Shown here: piece after piece, positions 1 through 7,574 of the stretch
Layout: every line of letters begins with the position of its first letter
Position numbering within the stretch: the first letter of the stretch is position 1
DNA from: Pseudomonadota bacterium
Lineage (GTDB): Bacteria > Pseudomonadota > Gammaproteobacteria > Burkholderiales > Burkholderiaceae_C
Assembly (NCBI GenBank): GCA_021825505.1
Contig: JAKAHP010000001.1
Coordinates: forward strand, 1 to 39,899
DNA length: 39,899 nt
Direction: 5' to 3'
Translations under genes and position numbers: made by a program
The notes under the pieces: generated by a model
Told to the model about the DNA's origin: nothing
Database searches by the model: none
The model's input: the letters and a program-made list of their open reading frames with translations, nothing else

Positions 1-795
1 ACGGAAATAGATCCCGGTCTTGCCGACGCCGTCGGTGTAGTTGCCCTTCGTGACCACATAGCGGTTGCCGGTCACGCTGGGCGAACCCGGAAACTGGTCG
101 AACTTGATGCCGGTGGTGCTCGCGTTGGGCACCTGCATATAGGAGAACTCGGGTACGGCGCCGAGCAGGTTGATGCCGGTCGCGAGCCCGCCAGGCAGCG
201 TCACGTACACCCCGCTGGTCCCCGCGCGCGTGTCGGTACCGGTCAGCGGATCGGTGTAGGTCCACACCGGCGTGGTCTGCCCGCGCGTGGCGACCATCCC
301 GCTGCTCATGTCGATGCGCGGGATCGACGGGAACTCGTTGAACGTCGCGTCGGTATTGTTCGGCGCCGGCACCGCGACGTTGGCGGTGTCGGCGACCGTG
401 TACAGCGTGGTCGTCGTCGGGCACATGTCGGCGGTGTAGATGCCGCGTTGCGGCTGCGTGCCGCCGCTGCCGCCCGAGCCGCTGGTGCCTTCGCCGGTGG
501 CCGACTTGGCGCGCCCGCGGAACACGACCAGACCGTACGTATTGACCGAGGGCTGGTTGTAGCTGAAGAAGGTCAGTCCAGGCGAATCGGGCATCAGCGT
601 CGCGTTGTTCGCGACGGTCTTCCAGGCGCCGATGACGTCGTTGCCGGGTACGCAGGTCACGACGTTGTCGCCTGGCTTCGACGGGTCGTAGGGATTGAGC
701 GCGGTCGACGAACTGCCGCCGCCGCCGCAGCTGACGAGCGTCGCGGCGACGGCGACGCCGAGGACTCGGATTACAGGAAGTTTCGTTGTCATCAT
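1..795 (-). CDS. Lipoprotein with internal repeats, probable beta-propeller (3' end outside window)
   Basis: Not in the ORF track; translated by hand. Open frame from ATGATG at 795 to base 1, with GGAG upstream. MMTTKLPVIRVLGVAVAATLVSC-GGGG is a signal peptide with a lipobox. Three ~75-aa repeats share F-x(3-5)-P-x-[VI]...V-x-x-[RK]G...G[IV]Y. Confidence 0.8.
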   Translation of the reverse strand, partial: MMTTKLPVIRVLGVAVAATLVSCGGGGSSSTALNPYDPSKPGDNVVTCVPGNDVIGAWKTVANNATLMPDSPGLTFFSYNQPSVNTYGLVVFRGRAKSATGEGTSGSGGSGGTQPQRGIYTADMCPTTTTLYTVADTANVAVPAPNNTDATFNEFPSIPRIDMSSGMVATRGQTTPVWTYTDPLTGTDTRAGTSGVYVTLPGGLATGINLLGAVPEFSYMQVPNASTTGIKFDQFPGSPSVTGNRYVVTKGNYTDGVGKTGIYFR

Positions 796-860
796 GCGCT
801 CCCAGAATGTGCAAGATGTAAATGACTGTTTCAGTGTGAACCAGGATGCCAAGAACTTCA

Positions 861-874
861 TTGCGCTAGCGCAA
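861..874. promoter_or_regulatory. Perfect 14-bp palindrome TTGCGCTAGCGCAA, CRP/FNR-like geometry
   Basis: Lies between the divergent lipoprotein and activator genes. Spacing is TTGnn-N4-nnCAA. Confidence 0.4.
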
Positions 875-1030
875 AAGGTGTCACCGGATCCGGGGAGACC
901 GGACAAACCGCATCGGCGGATCGTGTCATGTCAACAAATGCAACTCCAGCATGTTTCGTGGCGTGGCTCGGCTGCCCACAATGGCGCGACGCGGTGCCGG
1001 CCGATCCGGCGCGGCGACGGAGCCTGGTCC

Positions 1031-2392
1031 ATGCCCCCTCTTCCCACGATCGAGCTGTTCGTTTTCGGCGCATTGCCCAGTCGGGACTGGCGCGCCGCGC
1101 TCGACGACACCGGTTTCGACTGGCAGCCGACACCCGGCGTGGAAGCCTTGCGCGCGGCGTTGCGCCGCAGCGGCGATGGCGTGTGCGGCGTGCTGCTCGA
1201 CTTGCGCGACATCCACGATGCCACGCTGCTGCAGGAACTGATCGGCGAACTCGCCGCGCCCCGCGTGCGCAGCCTGTGCGTGCAACGCGGCGATGCGACC
1301 GGGCGCCCGCTGCTGTTCGAGCTGGCGCTGCGCTACTGCGTCGACAATCTGGTCGAGCCCGTCGCGCCGGAAGTCCTCAGGCTGGCGCTCGACAGCCTGC
1401 ACCGCCGGCTGCGCCTGCTGGGGGTGGCGCGCGCGCAGCGCGAAGCCCCGGCGCAACTCGACGAGATGGTCGGCGCCAGCGCCTCGATGCAACGGCTGTT
1501 CACGCAGATCGAGAAGGTCGCGGCAGCCGATGTGCCGGTGTTCGTCGCCGGCGAAACCGGGGTCGGCAAGGAACTGGCCGCGCGCGCGATCCACCGGCTC
1601 TCGACGCGGCGTCACAAGCCCTTCGTCGCGATCAATTGCGGCGCGATTCCGCCGCACTTGCTGCAATCGGAACTGTTCGGCTACGAAAAAGGCGCATTCA
1701 CTGGGGCCAGCCAGCGCAAGATCGGCCGCATCGAGTCGGCCGCCGGTGGCACCCTGCTGCTCGACGAGATCGGTGACCTGCCGCTCGACGCGCAAGTCGG
1801 GCTGCTGCGCTTCCTGCAGGAAGGCCGCATCGAGCGCCTCGGCGGCACCACGTCGGTACAAGTCGATGCGCGCGTGATCTCGGCCACCCACGTCGACCTG
1901 GAGCATGCCCAGCGCGACGGGAGCTTCCGCAGCGACCTCTACCACCGGCTGTGCGTGGTCGAGATCGACGTGCCGCCGTTGCGCGCGCGCGACGACGACA
2001 TCGAGCGCCTTGCCCGGCATGCGCTCGAGCGCCACGCGCGCGACGCGCCACGACGCATCGCCGGCTTCACCGACGACGCGCTGCGCGCGATGCGCGCGCA
2101 CGGCTGGCCGGGCAATGTGCGCGAGTTGATCAACCGTGTGCGCCGCGCGATGGTCATGTGCGAAGGCGAACACATCAGCGCCGCCGACCTCGGGCTGGCG
2201 GCGCTGGCCGATGCCGCGCCGCCGGCGCGCAGCCTCGACGAGGTCCGCGACCTGGCGATCCGCCGCGCGATCGCGCTGGCGCTCGAGCGCAACCAGCGCA
2301 CGGTCGTGCGCGCCGCCGGCGAACTCGGTGTGTCACGCGCGACGCTGTACCGGCTGATGGAGCGCCACGGCATCGCCAACCGCGAGATCTAG
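1031..2392 (+). CDS. Sigma-54-dependent transcriptional activator (bEBP), VpsR-like degenerate receiver N-terminus
   Basis: Walker A GETGVGKE, ESELFG-like QSELFG, GAFTGA, Walker B LLLDEIG, WPGNVREL and a Fis-type HTH LGVSRATLYRLM. Start moved to ATG 1031, which has GGAG upstream. Confidence 0.93.
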   Translation: MPPLPTIELFVFGALPSRDWRAALDDTGFDWQPTPGVEALRAALRRSGDGVCGVLLDLRDIHDATLLQELIGELAAPRVRSLCVQRGDATGRPLLFELALRYCVDNLVEPVAPEVLRLALDSLHRRLRLLGVARAQREAPAQLDEMVGASASMQRLFTQIEKVAAADVPVFVAGETGVGKELAARAIHRLSTRRHKPFVAINCGAIPPHLLQSELFGYEKGAFTGASQRKIGRIESAAGGTLLLDEIGDLPLDAQVGLLRFLQEGRIERLGGTTSVQVDARVISATHVDLEHAQRDGSFRSDLYHRLCVVEIDVPPLRARDDDIERLARHALERHARDAPRRIAGFTDDALRAMRAHGWPGNVRELINRVRRAMVMCEGEHISAADLGLAALADAAPPARSLDEVRDLAIRRAIALALERNQRTVVRAAGELGVSRATLYRLMERHGIANREI

Positions 2393-2421
2393 CGTCGACG
2401 CACGAGCCCGCGGCGGGCCGG

Positions 2422-3804
2422 CTAGAACGTATAGGGGAAGCGCAGCGAGAGCGCGTAGTTCGGCGCGTCCGGAGTCAGTCCCGCCTGCAGCACCGCGCTC
2501 AGCGTCAGGTGCGAACTCAAGGCGTAGTTCATGCCGAAGCTCAATGACACGTTGGTGCTGGCGCTTCCGGTCACCGTCTGCCAGCCCTGCCCGGGCAGCT
2601 GCACCTTGGTCGAGCGCGCGAACAGCCCCGACACGCTGGTGCTGACCGACGCGCGATCGTTGAGCACCAGCGCAAAACCCCCGCCGAGCTGGAAGCCGTC
2701 GCCGAGCTTGACCCGTCCGCTGCTGTCGATCGTCGCCGGGTCGATCACGCCGACGTCGCGCGCGACGTTGTACAGATAGCCGACGCTGCCGAACAGCACG
2801 ACCGGATCATTGCTCTTCAGGAACGACACGCTGGGGTTGATGGTCCACACGCCGTTGCCGGTGGGCAGCCGCTGCGGCACCTGCAGATTCGAGTTGCTCG
2901 CGTCGGGCTGCGTCACCGCGATGCCGAACGGCGAGGTTCCGGTCGGTGCGGTGACCTTGAGCGAAGCGACGACGTCGGGCGCGTTCTCGTGCTCGCGCAG
3001 CAGCCGCCAGTCGAAGCCGAAGCTGACGTCACCGATGGCGTTGTCGCTGACGGACGCCTCGCTGATCGCGGTGCTCGACGCATTCTGCCCGGCGCTGAGG
3101 AAGGTACTGCTGCGCACGACGTAGGGCAGATCGAGGTTCAGGGTCAGATCGTCGCTCAGTCCGTACTGCGCGGCGAGGTCGAAAGTATGGATCTGCGCCT
3201 TGGTCTGCCCGACTGAAATATTGCCCAGAAAGATCGCGTCGAGCGCGAGAAAGCCGCTGAGCGAGAGCTGGCGGCGGTCGTAGTAGGTGTCGTTCCAGCC
3301 CGCGGTCAGCGTCAACTTGCGGTGGAACTGCGGCGCGTGCCCCTGCGCGGCGACTTCCGTCGGCGTTTGCCGGGCGTCGGCGGCCGCCTGCTGGCGCGAG
3401 GTGCCGAGCTCGGGCAGTGCCCCATCCGCGCCGGCGCCGGTCTGCGGCGCCGCGGCGGAGGCCTGCGCGAGCTGCAGCGGCGCGCCGGGCCGCGCCGGCA
3501 CCCCGGCGATGGCGCCGCCCTGCATCAGCTGGGCGTCGATCATGTCGCTCGGGTAGCCCTTGCCCCGCTCGAGCAGCTGCGCATCGCTCAGCGCCTGCCA
3601 TCCCGGCTGTTGCAATTGCACGACGCGCGCTCGCAGCGCGCCGATTTCGAGTTGCTGCTGCACGAGCTGCTGCCGCAACTGCTGCACCTGCTGCTGCAGC
3701 ACGGCCAGCGGGTCGGCGGCCAGCGTCTGCGCCGCGGCGGCGGCGGGCAGCAGCAGCGGCGCCGCGGCCGCCATGCAACGATGGAGTTTGCGGTGGAAGT
3801 TCAT
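2422..3804 (-). CDS. fapF: FapF-like outer-membrane beta-barrel amyloid secretion channel
   Basis: Signal peptide, Gln-rich coiled coil, low-complexity linker, then GFLALDAIFLG, APTG..PFG and LPTGNG motifs. Amphipathic strands end in FPYTF. Last gene of a fap-like operon. Confidence 0.8.
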   Translation of the reverse strand: MNFHRKLHRCMAAAAPLLLPAAAAAQTLAADPLAVLQQQVQQLRQQLVQQQLEIGALRARVVQLQQPGWQALSDAQLLERGKGYPSDMIDAQLMQGGAIAGVPARPGAPLQLAQASAAAPQTGAGADGALPELGTSRQQAAADARQTPTEVAAQGHAPQFHRKLTLTAGWNDTYYDRRQLSLSGFLALDAIFLGNISVGQTKAQIHTFDLAAQYGLSDDLTLNLDLPYVVRSSTFLSAGQNASSTAISEASVSDNAIGDVSFGFDWRLLREHENAPDVVASLKVTAPTGTSPFGIAVTQPDASNSNLQVPQRLPTGNGVWTINPSVSFLKSNDPVVLFGSVGYLYNVARDVGVIDPATIDSSGRVKLGDGFQLGGGFALVLNDRASVSTSVSGLFARSTKVQLPGQGWQTVTGSASTNVSLSFGMNYALSSHLTLSAVLQAGLTPDAPNYALSLRFPYTF

Positions 3805-3854
3805 GAGCCTGGTCGTTCGAGTTGTCGTTGGACTTGCCTGCGCGGCACGGGCAC

Positions 3855-4565
3855 TCAGTGGCGCGGCATCATGTTGTGCAGTTGCCCGAGCAGCGCCGGC
3901 GCGGCCGCGCCGGCGGTGGCCTGCGTCATCACCGTAAGCAGGGCGCTGTTGCTGACGCGTTGGCCGTCGCCGACGATGCGCAGCATCTGGCTGACGTAGC
4001 CGCCGGCGGCGCCGACCGCCTGCGTGGCCACGCCCAGCGGTGTAGCGATCGCCAGCACGACGCCGCCGCGGCCGTCGCCGGACACGCTGGCGCTCGACGC
4101 TCCGGCCTGGTAGCTCGCGCCCAGGCCGCCGGCGCCGGGCAGCGCCGGCGCCGCGCCGGCGCCGTCGACCAGGCGCACGACGAAGCTGTTCTGCCCTTGG
4201 TTGGCGTCGCCGGCGACTTGCGTCAGCTGGCCCACACCGTGCACCTGCAGGCTGCCGGCCGCGCTTCCGGTCGGCACGCCGGACACGCTGCCGCTGCCGC
4301 CGGCCGCACTGCTGAACTGTGCGAGCGGCCGGCCGGCGCCGAGGCCGTCGACCTGCACCGCGGCACGCGCGTCGAGCGCGCCTTGCGCGCCGCTCCAGCT
4401 CGACGCCAGTTCGAGGCGAAAACCGGTGATCGCGGTCGCCGGAAGCCCGCGGCCGCGCGCCTGCGCCAGCAGCGCGTCGGGCGCGACGCGCACTTCGGGT
4501 GCGGCCGCCTGCACCCCCGGCGCGAGCAGCGCCAGCAGCAGCGGGGAGAAATGGATGATGCGCAT
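3855..4565 (-). CDS. fapE: FapE-like secreted accessory protein
   Basis: Start at 4565 with GGAGA upstream. Signal peptide MRIIHFSPLLLALLAPGVQA, then DALLAQARGRG. Carries Fap-like half repeats (GVGQLTQVAGDANQGQN, VSQMLRIVGDGQRVSN). Sits between the C39 peptidase and the barrel. Confidence 0.65.
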   Translation of the reverse strand: MRIIHFSPLLLALLAPGVQAAAPEVRVAPDALLAQARGRGLPATAITGFRLELASSWSGAQGALDARAAVQVDGLGAGRPLAQFSSAAGGSGSVSGVPTGSAAGSLQVHGVGQLTQVAGDANQGQNSFVVRLVDGAGAAPALPGAGGLGASYQAGASSASVSGDGRGGVVLAIATPLGVATQAVGAAGGYVSQMLRIVGDGQRVSNSALLTVMTQATAGAAAPALLGQLHNMMPRH

Positions 4566-4593
4566 GGATGATCTCCCGAGTACGAGCGCACGC

Positions 4594-5319
4594 TCAGAAT
4601 CGGCCGAATCGGGGTATGCCGAAATCGAAGACTGCCGGCGGCCTGTGCAGCAAGGTGTCGCGCACGCGGCGCGCGTGCGCGAAGTTGTCGCGCAGCAGCG
4701 GCGAATCGGCGAGGAAGGGGCGGCCGACGACTGCCAGTACCAGTCCGCCCTGCCAACTGCGGGCAAACGCGTCGAGATACAGCGAACGGTTGCCCAGCGC
4801 CGGATCGCTGATGAACACGAGATCGTGGTCGACTTTCTTGACGACGACGAAATGGCTGTAGCCGCCGACTTCGAGCAGCACGATGACCGGAATGCGCAGC
4901 CTGCGCATCGCCGCCAGATTGACCTGGAAGCCGACCGCGTGCAGCCCCAGGCTGTCGACGTAGCGCTTCATGTCGAGCATCGAAAAGCCGCTCCTGAGCA
5001 CCTCGGCCGGGTCGTCGACGTGCCGCATCATCGCTTCGATGGTCTGCGTCTCGTCGAGCGTGTAGCCGTAGCCGTAGTCGAGCAGCGTGGCCAGCGCCGC
5101 AGCGCCGCAACTGTAGTCGCGCTGCTGCGCGATCATGTCGCGGTAGCGCAGTGCGCGCATGCCGCTCAGCCCCGAGCGCACCTGCAGTCCCGGCACCGGC
5201 AGCAGCTGCGCGGCCTCCAGCGGTGGCGCCGCCAGCGTCAGGCAACCCAGCGCCAGCGCGCCGCAACCGGCACGACACCCGCGCAGCGCGCGGGCGACGA
5301 CGGATGTCGTGCGGTTCAT
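4594..5319 (-). CDS. fapD: Stand-alone C39 family cysteine peptidase, FapD-like
   Basis: Signal peptide. QQRDYSCGAAALATLL supplies the catalytic Cys and oxyanion Gln, HFVVV the His and DPALG the Asp. No ABC-transporter domains. Confidence 0.88.
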   Translation of the reverse strand: MNRTTSVVARALRGCRAGCGALALGCLTLAAPPLEAAQLLPVPGLQVRSGLSGMRALRYRDMIAQQRDYSCGAAALATLLDYGYGYTLDETQTIEAMMRHVDDPAEVLRSGFSMLDMKRYVDSLGLHAVGFQVNLAAMRRLRIPVIVLLEVGGYSHFVVVKKVDHDLVFISDPALGNRSLYLDAFARSWQGGLVLAVVGRPFLADSPLLRDNFAHARRVRDTLLHRPPAVFDFGIPRFGRF

Positions 5320-5334
5320 CGCAGTTCCTCGCGT

Positions 5335-6135
5335 TCAGGGCGCGACGATCAGCGACAGGCCGTTGTGCTGCAGATTGCCGACGCCGGAGGCGACGTTGAC
5401 GCCGATGTTGCCCGAGGCATTCATCAGCGCATTGCCACCGATCGCCGCGGTGTTGGTGAAGCTGCCGGTCTGGGTGTTGCCCGACGCCGTCTGCATATTG
5501 GTCGCCGTGGCCATCGCCAGCACCGGGTTGGCGCTTTGCGTCACCGCCATGCCGTTGCTTTGCGCGTTGCCGACACCGGCGGCGACGTTGACCGCGATAT
5601 TGCCCGAGGATCCCGCCAGCGCACTGTCGCCCAGTGACGCCGTGACCGTATAGCCGTTGCCGCTCAGGCTGTTGCCCATCGCGGTCTGCGCATTGGCCAC
5701 ACCGGCGGTGCCGAATACGTTCTGCGCGGCGATCGCGGCGACCGCGGCGTCATTGGATTGCACGTTCTGCATGCCGGCCGCCGAGTTCAGGCCGATATTG
5801 CCTTTCGCGCCATTGGCTGCGTTGTTGCCGATCGAAGCCTGGAGGGTCGTGCTCGGCGGGTTGTTGCCGCCGTGATCGCCGTGATCGCCCTGGCCGCCGT
5901 GATCGTCCTGGCCGCCGGGGCCGCCGAGCGTCAGCACGACATTGCCGGTACTTTGCGAACTGTCGACGCTGGCGCCGGCACCGGCGTTGACGGTGATCTT
6001 GCCGCCAAGGCTGAAGCCCTGGTCCTGCCCACCATGGTCACCATGGTCGTAGGGCCCGCTCGCGTAGGCCGCGCCACCGGCGAACAGCACGGCAACGGCA
6101 ACGGCGGTCATTCTGGCGTTGAAGAGCGTTTTCAT
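5335..6135 (-). CDS. fapC: FapC-like major amyloid subunit (266 aa)
   Basis: ATG 6135 has GGAG upstream and overlaps the upstream stop (ATGA). Signal peptide ends AAYA. Three repeats: GNIGLNSAAGMQNVQSN, GNIAVNVAAGVGNAQSN and GNIGVNVASGVGNLQHN. Rich in G/A/N/S/Q. Confidence 0.82.
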   Translation of the reverse strand: MKTLFNARMTAVAVAVLFAGGAAYASGPYDHGDHGGQDQGFSLGGKITVNAGAGASVDSSQSTGNVVLTLGGPGGQDDHGGQGDHGDHGGNNPPSTTLQASIGNNAANGAKGNIGLNSAAGMQNVQSNDAAVAAIAAQNVFGTAGVANAQTAMGNSLSGNGYTVTASLGDSALAGSSGNIAVNVAAGVGNAQSNGMAVTQSANPVLAMATATNMQTASGNTQTGSFTNTAAIGGNALMNASGNIGVNVASGVGNLQHNGLSLIVAP

Positions 6136-6575
6136 CGAAGACTCCTGGAGTTGGACAAGGAAAGACCCGGCGTTTGCAGCACGAAGGCGTTGCCGGTGGA
6201 GTTGCCCAGGCCTGCCGTCTGGTTGACCTGCACCACGCCGGCTGCAGCCTGGAACGCGCTGGGTTCGATCAGCGCGCTCCTGCCCGACGGGGTGACAGGG
6301 CCGGCGGCCGACCCTGGACGCGGAGACACGGAGGCCAACTGGCCGTCCGTGGCGATGGCGAGGGAGCTTCCGATCCCGAGCACGACAGCGTTCGCCTGGC
6401 TGTTGCCAGAGCCGCTGGCCTGGTTGACCGCGATCACGCCGCGGGCGCCGGAAAACGCGCCGGCGCCGATCAGCGTCCGTTCGTCGGCATGTGCCAGACC
6501 CAGCACGGCGCACAGCGCCAGGCCCGACCCAGCGACTCTGCGGAAATCGACGGCAAACGCAGACGACAAAGGCAT
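6132..6575 (-). CDS. fapB: FapB-like minor amyloid subunit / nucleator
   Basis: GGAGG RBS and a signal peptide ending AHA. Two repeats: AFSGARGVIAVNQASGSGNSQAN and AFQAAAGVVQVNQTAGLGNSTGN. Confidence 0.72.
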   Translation of the reverse strand: MPLSSAFAVDFRRVAGSGLALCAVLGLAHADERTLIGAGAFSGARGVIAVNQASGSGNSQANAVVLGIGSSLAIATDGQLASVSPRPGSAAGPVTPSGRSALIEPSAFQAAAGVVQVNQTAGLGNSTGNAFVLQTPGLSLSNSRSLR

Positions 6576-6608
6576 CGAAGCACCCTCCGATCAGGATGCC
6601 CGGTCTCT

Positions 6609-6624
6609 TGCGAATGTCGTGCCA
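6609..6624 (-). promoter_or_regulatory. Sigma-54 (-24/-12) promoter of the fap-like operon
   Basis: Minus strand reads TGGCACGACATTCGCA, i.e. TGGCAC-N5-TCGCA with exact GG-N10-GC spacing. It lies about 35 bp upstream of the fapB-like start. Confidence 0.8.
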
Positions 6625-6700
6625 GCGGCCGCGCGCGAGCGCAAGCCCTTGTCAGGGCTTGATTCTGTCTGCAGTCAGGGGGCTGAAAATGCGCTGCGGC

Positions 6701-6747
6701 GTCGCAGGATCGAGACGCCGCAGCGACGGTCGTCTCAACGCCGAGGC
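6701..6747. promoter_or_regulatory. Two candidate upstream activator sites (GTCTCA-N4-TGAGAC-like)
   Basis: GTCGCA-GGAT-CGAGAC at 6701-6716 and GTCTCA-ACGC-CGAGGC at 6732-6747. They are 31 bp apart and about 80-125 bp upstream of the -24 element. Confidence 0.5.
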
Positions 6748-6754
6748 AGCGCGT

Positions 6755-7000
6755 TCAGCTGAAGCGCGCGGTGTGGTGCCCGGTGAACAGGCGGCGCCCG
6801 ATCGCGCGTTCGCGCCGCTCGAGTTCGCGCAGGCGCTTCAGGTGATGGCCGTCGACCGCCGCGTACAACTGCTTGGCGGCGTCGCTGCCCATCATGCCGC
6901 GCATTTGTTCGTGCCAGATTTCCATGGTCCGCGCGTACCACTCATGAATGGTTTCGCCGGCCAGCCGGTTGCTGTTGTAGACGTTGCGCGCCGCTGCCAC
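6755..7000 (-). CDS. Small hypothetical protein (81 aa)
   Basis: GTG at 7000 preceded by AAGGAGA. Protein-like helical composition. No family recognised. Confidence 0.6.
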   Translation of the reverse strand: MAAARNVYNSNRLAGETIHEWYARTMEIWHEQMRGMMGSDAAKQLYAAVDGHHLKRLRELERRERAIGRRLFTGHHTARFS

Positions 7001-7160
7001 CGCGTTTCTCCTTCGAGTTCCCGGCACGCGATGAATGCTTCAAAACGTCAAGGCCGCGGCCGGCGGTTTGCAACGATGATTTTTGCGCAGAAATATTGAT
7101 CTGGGTGGACGATTAAATATCAAATTGACATGTTCTTGACGGCGATCATCGACGCCGCGT

Positions 7161-7394
7161 TCACTGCCCCCGTGCCAGCGCGGCCGCGCTTAACGTCTGC
7201 TGCGTCAGCAGGTGGATCGCTTGCGCCGGAAACAACGCGTCGATGGCCGCGCCGACCGCCCAGGACACGATCGACGCGAGCAGGAAAACCAGCAGCTTGC
7301 GCAGCAGTCCGGGCTCCAGATAATCGTCGAGCCGGATGTGCAGGTACCAGGCGGCTACGCCATAGGCGATCAGTGAAGCGATGATCGAATACAT
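7161..7394 (-). CDS. Small membrane protein (77 aa, two predicted TM helices)
   Basis: ATG 7394 with AAGGA upstream. Hydrophobic segments IIASLIAYGVAAWYL and LLVFLLASIVSWAVGAAI. Confidence 0.65.
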   Translation of the reverse strand: MYSIIASLIAYGVAAWYLHIRLDDYLEPGLLRKLLVFLLASIVSWAVGAAIDALFPAQAIHLLTQQTLSAAALARGQ

Positions 7395-7574
7395 CGGTGA
7401 ATCCTTCGGTGATGGTGCGCTGATGTTATCGGCGCCGCGCGCCGAAAGCGCGCGCCGCACAATAATCTATAGTTACTTTTATTACGTTCGCATAACGACC
7501 TGCGCACCGAATCCTGCACACTAGACTGGTTTGCAGCGGGGTGCTCAACGCCCCGCTCCGTTGGAGTGTGCGCG

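Noticed and set aside
835-851. Sigma-54 promoter for the lipoprotein gene (minus-strand TGGCATCCTGGTTCA)
   Set aside because: The -12 position reads CA instead of the required GC.
695-1030. Long N-terminal extensions in the ORF track (bEBP, ctaA, thiolase, TetR, cfa and others)
   Set aside because: They overlap neighbouring real genes. Downstream starts match domain boundaries and often have a clear RBS.
4594-5319. C39 peptidase as part of a bacteriocin/RiPP exporter
   Set aside because: It has a Sec signal peptide, no ABC transporter domains, and no precursor peptide or modification enzymes nearby. The context is Fap-like.
5335-6575. Subunits as curli (CsgA/CsgB)
   Set aside because: The repeats follow the longer Fap pattern rather than the ~22-aa curlin QxGxxN repeat, and no CsgG-like lipoprotein is present.
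7070-7140. FNR box in the AT-rich patch
   Set aside because: TTGAT and ATCAA half-sites are present but not at the required 4-bp spacing.
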